Made by a program: the position numbers and the translations under genes
In this document: positions 39,701 through 49,300 of the stretch, in pieces
How positions within the stretch are numbered: position 1 is the stretch's first letter
Layout of the letters: each line of letters opens with the position of its first letter
The notes under the pieces: model-generated
What the model was told of the DNA's origin: nothing
What the model saw: only the letters and a program-made list of their open reading frames with translations
Database searches by the model: none
Assembly: GCF_001949145.1 (NCBI RefSeq)
Contig: NW_019091358.1
Location: 3,218,535-3,282,534, forward strand
Source: Acanthaster planci
Taxonomy: Eukaryota
Direction of reading: 5' to 3'
Length of the DNA: 64,000 nucleotides

Positions 39701-39839
39701 GAAGTACATGTACATGTAAGTTAAGCAAATGCCATGGAGCAACCTATAGGTAAATACATAAAGGAAATGAGTTATCACTTGTCCTTTCTTGCTTTGATTC
39801 CACAAGTCTCAAACTGAAGTAGTTAAAGTTAGGCCTTAA

Positions 39840-40312
39840 CCACTTGCTGCCGGGAGCCCCGTTTCGAGTACCATGGGTTTGTATGCAGGGCCGGGGTGCC
39901 CAAAATGGGACAAAAGAGCTGGTCCGCATAACAAAAGATTGTACTCGGAGTAAAAGACCTGCTGCTGGGAATTGCCATCATTTTTTGGCTTGCATTTTTC
40001 GAAGGTACATGTAATCCGTCACTGTTTTCAAACAGTATACCACTGTTTTGGGAACAGCGCGCCCGCGGATTAGTACCGTGGACAAAGGTGCTCCAGGGCC
40101 CTGTTGATGAGCGACACAGCACCGCTGCATGCTAATCCAGCCACGTTTGAAAAGATGCCAATCGCATTCACTGGGGACAAAGGAAACTACACAACACCTC
40201 ACAATTCTGGGCTCTCTTTACAGGGCGGCAGGCCTGGCTGAAATACTCAGGATAGGAGTCAATGAAAGTTGCCTGTCAGCTTAGCCACCAAACCAAACAG
40301 TCATTCGTGCGG
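39840..40312 (-). mobile_element. TTAA-specific element, inverted and truncated copy
   Basis: Starts TTAA|CCACTTGCTG; reverse complement of the 3' ~480 bp of 18829-19439. Confidence 0.78.
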
Positions 40313-40316
40313 TTAA

Positions 40317-40903
40317 CCACTTCCTGCCAGGTGCTTTTAAAAATGCAGTGCACACATACGGGAGATTTTCAAGATTTTCAGTTTTTAAAATTCTTCAAAA
40401 AGTCATAATTTCAATTAATGGACATTTACACTCACAGAAATTACTGTCTGGTGGCCACTCTAGTCTGACAGACAAAATCTATTGACACCTGAGTATTTCA
40501 GCAAGGCCTGCAGCCTTGTAAAAAAGAGCCCAAATTGTGAGGTGTTATGTAGCTTTCTTTTGCTCACAAACCTGGCACAGTGCGCTGCTGACCTCTTTTC
40601 AACAGGCGCCAGATTAGTGTGCAGCAGTGCTGTGTGGCTCATCACTGCGGTGGTGGAGCACTTTTGTTCCCGGTGGTAGTCCACTCACTCCAAATGCCCC
40701 AAACCGTGGTATACTGTTTCAAAACAAGGCTGGATTATCTCCACTAGTAAGAGTGAAAAAATGTCGGTAATGCCCAACAGCCTGGTCTTTTGTTCCGAGT
40801 ACGGTCTTTTGTTACAAGGCCCAGTTCCCTCTGTCCGATTTGGGGTTCCCGGCTCCGTGTGTAAAGCCTAGATGCTCAAAAACGGGTCCCCCACAGCAAG
40901 TGG
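40317..40903 (+). mobile_element. TTAA-specific element, full copy
   Basis: TTAA|CCACTTCCTGCC...CAGCAAGTGG; collinear with 18829-19439. Confidence 0.8.
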
Positions 40904-41450
40904 TTTTAAAGATGTTAGAGCTCAGTTTGGCTTATTTTCGGTAGTCATGGCAGTTTAGCACCATCACAGGTTTATATTGTGGGCCTACAGATTGTACATG
41001 TAGGCCTAGTTGTGGTAGGATAAGCAGATACAGGCCGAACAATTAACATGGATTTAAGGCCATGGGAATAGAGGTTGCAGATTTGTGTCCACTGCCCCAT
41101 GTCTGAACGCCACTAGTTCCCCCGAAAATCATGATCTACAAAAATTTTATTATTTTCAAGAAAAAGACACAAAATCACAAAAAACAGAGTTCTGAATCTT
41201 GTATCGACATCAGCTTTATAAAACACCATGCATTTCACCTATACTGACATGACTCGGCTCAGTTTAGATGGCTTTGGTATGTCCAGACGTGTCGGATGTC
41301 TGTTTGAACTACGTTTATTCTCGACCCACATGCGTCGGATCAGCTTGCCCGTTTATTATGTACGTTTTATACTCTGGGTCTTTTTTGTTGTGACGATCCC
41401 TATTTGACCTGATCCATGAACTGATGAAAGGCCTACAATGTAGCTCGTCC

Positions 41451-42047
41451 CTACTCCCAGAATTGTGAGGCACACTCCATGTCCTTAAAAAATCCAAATT
41501 TTCATTGCTTTAAAAACGCTACGCGATTCTGAATGTGTGTGTTTATTCTGCCTAAAACTGCATTTCCTCAGTCAAATCTTCCCCCCCAAAACCATCCACG
41601 CTAAATAGTATCTCATTAACACGCAGCCACGATGGGTTTTGGACTGTCTACAAGCATTTTATGGCAAAATTCGGACCTTTTTCTTACCTTCTTCACTCTC
41701 TTCAACAAACGATCCACACATTTGTGCTGCATACTGTGGCGCATGTCCTTTGCCACGGAAGACTGGTTCCTCTCCTGTCCCAGTCCTCCAAACGTATATA
41801 ATCGAGACGGTGACCAGTCCAAAGACATATGATACATCACATCATTGGCAACCTCGACTCCATGGGCTGTGTGCACATTCCTTCATGGGCAACAAATGTT
41901 GTGCGACAAGATCGCACCCATGGCAAGGGGGTTACATTATTGTACTGGTCACCAACCGTAATATGTTCGGAGGACTGGGCCTGGACGGAAACCTTCCGTC
42001 CAACAGATATGTGTCACGGTATGTGTGCTTCACAATTCTGGGAGTAG
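41451..42047. mobile_element. TIR-bounded non-autonomous element
   Basis: ctactcccagaattgtgaggcacac / gtgtgcttcacaattctgggagtag (24/25), plus an inner ~90-bp degenerate inverted repeat (about 41730-41822 vs 41940-42022). Confidence 0.62.
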
Positions 42048-42104
42048 CCCATCCCGTGCTCATCCCTCAGCAAGGCTTTTGGTTGTAGTTAGGCAGTAGG
42101 CCTA

Positions 42105-42365
42105 TAGTCATTTGCAAAAATTTAAGACCTCCTGGAAATTATTTTATTGGTACTTTTTCTGTCACAGAAATAAAGAATTAGACTGTTCACATTTCAAATC
42201 ATGGAATGTAGACTAAGGTTACACATTGAAAATAAACATAAGTTGCCATGATTGATTGGTTTAAGTTTGGTTTTTCTTCAGATCATGGAGGTAGAATGTG
42301 ATTCTACCTCCATGTTCAGATTAATGCATTTTGTATGGGTGGTCCTAAACTTTTGCAAATGACTG
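42105..42365. mobile_element. Tc1/mariner-like MITE
   Basis: TA|tagtcatttgcaaaaatttaagacc ... ggtcctaaacttttgcaaatgactg|TA. Confidence 0.78.
42284..42314. mobile_element. 31-bp micro-element (14-bp perfect TIRs, 7-bp TSD), P-superfamily-like
   Basis: ttcagat|CATGGAGGTAGAAT-gtg-ATTCTACCTCCATG|ttcagat. Confidence 0.7.
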
Positions 42366-45300
42366 TAGGCCTTGAAAAGGAGCACTAGGCCTACTTGGAG
42401 GTTGAAATCAAATGAGAAATGAAAGAATGTCTCACGTGTGTTTGAAACTGTCAGGACACAAATCTACAACGTCTATTCTCATGGCCTAACCAACGTTGAT
42501 AATCAGAGCACCCCTCCATGATCAGAGAGAGTGTAAAACCTTGAAAGTTAAACATGAAACTTTGAAAGGCGAAGCATTAACTTCTTCATGATCACTCGCG
42601 CAAGTTGAGAGGGGCATGGCACGGCGTTGTGGCACTTACCATGAAGTGGAGAACAATGTGTCCTTTACCGCTATGCGTCGATTCTCCCTCATCAGTCTTG
42701 TGACAATTCGTGGGACTGTGAAAACACCATTTTACAACTTTTATATTAGGGCACGAGTGACATGTCGTTTACAACTCAGCAGCAGTTCATCCGGTGTAAC
42801 AGTACATTTGGGTCTGTCACAGGGCTGATAAATTCCCATTACCTTACCTCACGAGAACACAGGGTGCCAGATATACTGTGCTACTGCTGTCACGTGGATC
42901 TTTCACAACGCGCATTTATTTATTGCATTCGGGGATAAAATTGTTGCTTTGCACATTTGCCAAGACTTTTTCCAACATCCCATTTTTATAATTGGATCAC
43001 TTAACAACAAAGAAAGACAGGAGAAGAAAGCAACTACGATGACCTCGAAACAGTTTAAGAATATAAAAAGGCCTGCAAACGTTCAGGCAAGCCTAAATTG
43101 GACGTAACAAAAATAACATTCCACGATCAGAAAGGCAGCCCCATAAACACATGATTCACTAATATGGCCACAGAGTAGGTTTGGGCATAATGTGTTATGT
43201 GACAGGCCAGGTACGGGAGATGCGGTTTCTTTATTTTGCATAGAATGGATTTGTTACGCGCTTAGAGCGGAACTTCCAGCCAATGACAAGGCATTATTTG
43301 CCGTACAAGTACATGTATTTCCCAGACTTTCAAAGGCGGAGTGGCACATATGAATTTGGTGTCGAATCACTTCAAAAAAGACGAAGAAAACATCTGAGTA
43401 ATGCTATTGCACTCCGATGACAATTAGTCAGTAACTTCCTTTCGTCCTTGACTTAAATCAGGTTAAAGACAGAAAGGGAAACTTGAGAGTGAAACTGTGA
43501 TTTGCAATATTTGCCTTGAATGTGGTAACATTCAGAATGATTTACGCGCTCATAGTCAATCTGTGTGTCTGTCTTATTTGTGTTATGTGGGGTTTATTTT
43601 CTCAGGTATGGGTGGGTCGTTTGAGTTTGTGCACCCGAACTGGGAAAAAGTAAAAAGTGATCAAGTTCCAACCATTTCAGCATCAAATTTTAAACACTTT
43701 TAAAGTGATATATTCGCAATGCATAATTTACTGTCCCTGTTCTGGTCCACATTTCAGTTTTTACGGAAACTATTTATTTGATTTAAATCAAGTGCTGTGC
43801 CAATAAATCCCGCAGAAACCTGTGTGCTTCCTAACTCGGTTGCTTTGTAAGGAGGGGATGAGATGTAACTCTTTAGCTCGTAAGAACAATTTCTTTTGAA
43901 ATAGCTTTTGGAAGATTCTGGGGGAGGGGAGTTTACAAATTTGCCAAGATAATTTTTTTGTTCAAATACAAAACACAAATACAAAACCTCGTAAAAAATT
44001 GTAAAAACCTTTCAGTAGCTTCTACATACATCATTGGAAATTGCCTTCTTTCATCGTTTTCTTAAGTGGTAGCTTGCCAAAAGGAAAAACTTCATGGGGA
44101 GTTTAGTCCGATAAACATATTTAAACTAAGTATGCCTTTCAACAATAGTTTCGTCAGTTTTTGAAAAACTGTAGATGGTATTTCAACTGTACACGGCCGG
44201 CAAACGTTCAGACTGTACGTCTGAACATTCAAGGCAGTTAGCTCAAAATTAATAGCATGTTAAACCAATCACTGTATATGCCTTGGTAGGGGAGGGGAAA
44301 GACGGGGGACGTGTCATTCTTTAAATAAGCTGGGTTACCACTAGTGAATCCAGCATTTCCGGGGGGAGGCGCTCAACATGTTGGGCTAAAATGATTTAAA
44401 ATAACCAACTGAGCACAAGTGTAAAAAGGGAACAAAATAGTAGTACCTCTAGAAAAAAAATCAAAACACGAGGGATCCCCTTTGAATCTTCTTCTGGTTA
44501 CAACTCTATCCATACGCCATGCCCAAATTGAAATAGTACGATCTCATGTCTTTTTAACATTTGTCAGCACTCGATCTTTAACCTCCAAGAATTGTTTATC
44601 GGAGATCGGCTTACTCAAAGTGCGCCTGAAGCATCCTATGCATGCAGTCCCTCCATCTCTCCAAATGTACTGCTTCGTTTCTCATTGACGGAATGCATTT
44701 TTACATTTATTTTTGGCTTTAATGTAGAAAACTTTGTTTTTCCCCCAAATATCCAAGACCTCATAGACTACACTTTTGTTTTAGCAATGTCAAAATGGCA
44801 CTCCTATTACATAATATTGAGAGAAGAAAAACTGTACACAGGTTCAATCACTCTTCCACCATGAACTTTATTTAGATTCCTAAGAGAACAATGGGTATTA
44901 GTATTTCAAGAGTTGAATTTATTTGTAGAAGCAATCTAAACTTTATTCTAAAGTCCCAAATGCGTCAGAGTATCCCAAATGCAAGTTTGAAGCAACACAA
45001 CTAAGGCCACTATTAATCATGGCTCTGGAATTGTTGTTGACCCCTTTGGGTTGTCATTTTATCTGTCAATGGCAAACTTATTTCAGTTTATTTCCTGACA
45101 GGTCATGTTTGCTGGTCACCAAGGATAGATAATGGCTCTCTCATTCCTCTTGTCAACAAAAAAAAAGAGAGAGAGAGAGAAAAAAAAAAGTGGAAAGATC
45201 TCGATAAAGATCTACCCACAAACAATCAAGGTAGTCACGGGTTTAGCTAATGTGTTTGTATACTGCTCTGTCCTTTGGAATAACAGATCATGTGACCCTA

Positions 45301-46338
45301 CATGTAGCAACAGTGTTGACTGTCGATGTCCTCGTGGACAGGTTTTGTGTTTAGACAAGAAGTGTTGTTTTTTTTTTCATTCAAAAAAATAACCAGAACA
45401 ACAGTCAGTCAACACAACTAAAAAACAAAAAATTACTAATAATCATACTTTTAATTTTCACTTCAAAAGCAAAACCTGAACAATGTAAATCTTCTGGATG
45501 CAACTGTACTTGTTTTTGCCGTTAGTTTCAGACGTACTCCATGTGTATCTTGTCTAATTACATAGCTCTTTTGTATTGCTAAAATTTTTATGAATTAAAC
45601 ATTTTTAATAACATTTCCACTGAAGCATAAAAATTAAGAGATTTCAGTCTATTACATATTTTCACTTGAATAAGGGAAACTTCTACTTTCATACCACCAA
45701 CTGGGATTTATGTGTAGATATACCCATTTTAAACCTAAGCTTTGATTTGAAGTTTAATTCTAAACTAATGTGTATGCTGATATGAACCAATATTCCAACT
45801 GATATAACTTCAGTAAACTTAAACCCAAAAATTCAGGGCCCACGTGTCGTGAAGGGGAGGTGAGCAGGGGCTGCTTCCCCCCCCCCCAAAAAAAAAGTTG
45901 GAAAAATAAAAAGGGGAAAAAATTGAAGAAATATAAAACCGAAATAAAAATGAATGAAAATCACCAATTTGCCTAAAAAAGCTGCTACTGGTGTATCAGT
46001 TCACTGTTGATGAGTGCTTTGCTTTGCCTCCCCCCGTCCCCCAAAACAATCCTGGTGATGCCCATGGCTCATTTCCTAAGTGCTTATATGGAATGCCATA
46101 ATACCTAAAATGCTTCAATAAATACCTGTTTATATGTGTAAATTAAGAAAGCAAACATAACCCTGCATACCTTAAAACGTTAAAACCTACATGCTTCATT
46201 CAGGGCTGTATGGCTGGTCGATGATTTGTTTTTTAAACATTATTTTTCAACAGAATTATAACTGAGCAGCCAATAAGATGACTGCCTGGCGGTCACTTTT
46301 GATGTTTTGGGCTGATGTTGCTGCTTAACTGTCTGCTC

Positions 46339-46388
46339 CTAGGCCACACCTTGACACTCGAAGTTGTATAACTGCGAGGTTGACAGAG
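46339..46388 (-). CDS. TEP terminal exon ([16 protein letters not shown])
   Basis: ttttctcacag phase-1 acceptor; TAG at 46339-46341. Confidence 0.78.
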
Positions 46389-49300
46389 CTGTGAGAAAAA
46401 AAAGTGCGTGGAACAGCGTGAGAAACAGCACTGAAACAGTGTGAAAACAGCAGTTACACAGGGCCTTAAACAATAGTGACAGAGACAATTTTACAGGATT
46501 AAAGATCTTTCCTAAAGCATCTGTCATGCAGAGATGGAGGAGACAGCACACTTGCTGTGAAAAATTTGTTGATATACAATGGCCTTTTTCCAGTTCTTGG
46601 CACTGTCTCCAACAGTGTAACCAAGGTGATGAGAATTCCACTTCAAGTTCTCTCTCCTTGGCAAGTCTCACCTTTCTCATAGTAGTCAAAGACAGTGATG
46701 ACCCCGTCACGTGGCTCCTTCACAAAGACATCTCGTCTGACGAGTAAATCCACACAGGTATCCTCATGACCAAGCTGATGAAAAAGGGGAATGTTGTGTT
46801 TTGCTTTGTAAAATACTTAAGAATCTGTAATGTATCAATTTATACCATAACACTGATGCTGCATTTTTACATCATTCCCCCAATTGGGTGTGAGATTTCA
46901 TGAAAAGGGAGCTTCACTTTTGAGAACCAAGTCCTAACGTAAGTTGACAATGTGAGCAGACTATGTAAAACATTTTAAGACTGAGGACCAGTGGCCCTCG
47001 CACTTTCAGATTCCCCGGGCTCTGTGGTGCAACTAACAGTTTCCCCTGTAAACATCTGTGAAGAACAAACATTTCTTCTTTTTTTCACTTGGAAAGACTT
47101 CAGCGACAGTGTAAATAGGGCACAAGCTGAGTGCGTCCCCCTCATCCAACTGCTCCAAAAAAGAGCGAGATGTGCATTGTGTGCAACGCATTGAGTGCCT
47201 ACACTAGGAAACAAGCCCTTCCTCCCACCCCCATCCCCAGAATGCCTTTGACAAATTGGATGCTAGCAAACTGCCACTAATATTGCAGTTTCTGACATTA
47301 TGGGAATACATTGTGCAAATCTACTCAGCCTAGGCTCAGTATCATTACTTGCACATTCAGCACAATCTCACCACAGCAGAGCACCCAACAACACGGCCCT
47401 CCTCCTACAATCACTACCATCATCATGGGGCTAGTTCAATCAAGGATCATAGTTAACCACAGTTAATCGAATGATCGAGTGCAGGCTAGTCAACGACGGT
47501 TGGACTGGTTTAGTCAAGTATTCGTGACCAGCCTATTGAATGATCGAATGCAGGCTAGTCAACGATGGTTGGACTGGTTTAGTCAACTATTCGTGACCAG
47601 CCTATTGAATGATCGAATGCAGGCTAGTCAACGATGGTTGGACTGGTTTAGTCAACTTTTCGTGACCAGCCTATTGAGGTTGCTTTCCATCTTTAACTTT
47701 CCCAGACCTGCGCTTTTGAATGGTACTTTCCAAATACTGTGAACATTATAAATGCTCTATTTATTCCTTATTATTATTATCGTTGGTTGCCATAAGCCAT
47801 TTTTAATAGTACAGTGCAGAGAGGACCAGTTATAAGAAAAATGCCGGGAAAACTGTATGTCACAAGTAAACAACCATTTTCACTTTTCTTTTTGCCATTT
47901 TACCCTTTCTGCTGCCAAGTTTTCTCTGCTTAGGCCAAATGACCTGACAACGGTTGACTGGGGTCATTCGCACTTCAACTTGGCTGCATATGCACTGGGT
48001 ATGTCACGAACCAACCACTAGTTAACTAGTGGTAACTGCTTGAACTTGCCCATGGGCTTATCATCATCTTCATCACCATAAATGAAAACAGCTACCACAG
48101 TTTCACCACAAAGTTGACCATCAATCCCACATCACCATCATAAATAATCACTGCTTGTATCTTACTTCCTCACCACCATCACTTCACCACAATGTACAGC
48201 CACCATCATCCCAAACTTCCAGCTGGGGCTGTGCACCAAAACCAGGTACCCAGGCAGCCGATCATAAATATGGGACTGAGTACCTACAAACAAATTTAAA
48301 TTTCACCAATTACTTTGTAATTTCCCAGACCCTGATGACTAGGAAAGGTTCTTGAAGGCCACCTTGGAGAATTTTCAAAAATTGAAAACCTGACATCAGA
48401 GAAAAATCAAACTGGATTCCCATGCGCTGCACTCACCAAAATTTGCAATGTCAAGCTACCTTTTTTCAGTTGGGTATTCAGTTACCCTAAAACCCGTAAC
48501 CGGTCACCCCTCATTCCCACCACTGTCAATCAATCACCACAGTGCATTATCCTCAGCTACCTGCTCAAAATAGAAGAAGACATCTTTGCCCTCCTCATCA
48601 ATCCTCTTGAGGTAGGGGGAGGGGGGTCTGGACTTCAGCGTGCGGATGTTGTTGGCGTCGGCCTCAAAGCCAGATACCATGCGCACCTGGATGACGGCCA
48701 TGTTGGAGAACTCATCCTCACTGTTGTACCTGCATTTCAGGGACAGTGGAAACAAAGCGATAAAAGTGGTTGAGATGTAGGTATTCATCTTTAGCACCTT
48801 CAACCCAAGATATAATAATAACAATAATAATAATAGCTTTATTTACAGATTGTACGGATTTACATCATACGGTGGCATTTTGCATTTTGCTTTAAAAACC
48901 TCATTTATTGGCATCAGTGAGTGACTGACTTGTGGGGGGGAGCATTGCCCCCCACTTTGTGCAGGTCCTATAATTGGGTGGGGCTTAATGCATTAGCCTA
49001 TTAATGGCTGATGCCTGATGGTCTCGCAACTGTCCCCCACTTTGAAAATCGTTTTGCCGCCAGTGGCTACAAGATACAGAATAGTGTTTTGCATAACAAT
49101 ACGATGCTCAGAAAAAGGAGACCTATTAAGAAGGGAGAGTGTTGAAATAATTTCAACACTCATTACAACTCCAGCTTTCCAGAATAAAAATCCTCAGACT
49201 TTCTTAATGGGTTAAGCTCTAAACAATTCAAAATACACGATGACCTTATAAACTATTTGCTGAATGTGCAATAGAAATCCACAGGTTTTCTGCATTAGTT

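Noticed and set aside
41639..42088. 149-aa ORF and an exon-like minus-strand segment
   Set aside because: Lies within a TIR-bounded element with internal inverted repeats; frames are interrupted and show no motif
42640..42643. ATG just before the candidate donor, a possible N-terminal extension of MFSD12
   Set aside because: On the gene strand the ATG is followed by one more base before the GT donor, the exon itself is unproven, and the frame continuous with the main ATG has a TGA about 15 codons into the 36861 exon
46975..47214. Minus-strand ORF between TEP MG8 exons, a possible extra exon
   Set aside because: The flanking exons 48561 and 46774 already join in frame into a complete MG8 sequence; the ORF has no TEP similarity
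47469..47742. Regular repeats resembling a CRISPR array, and the repetitive ORF 47479-47742
   Set aside because: Units are head-to-tail with no unique spacers, there are no cas genes, and the context is eukaryotic; the ORF only reflects a 69-bp period divisible by three
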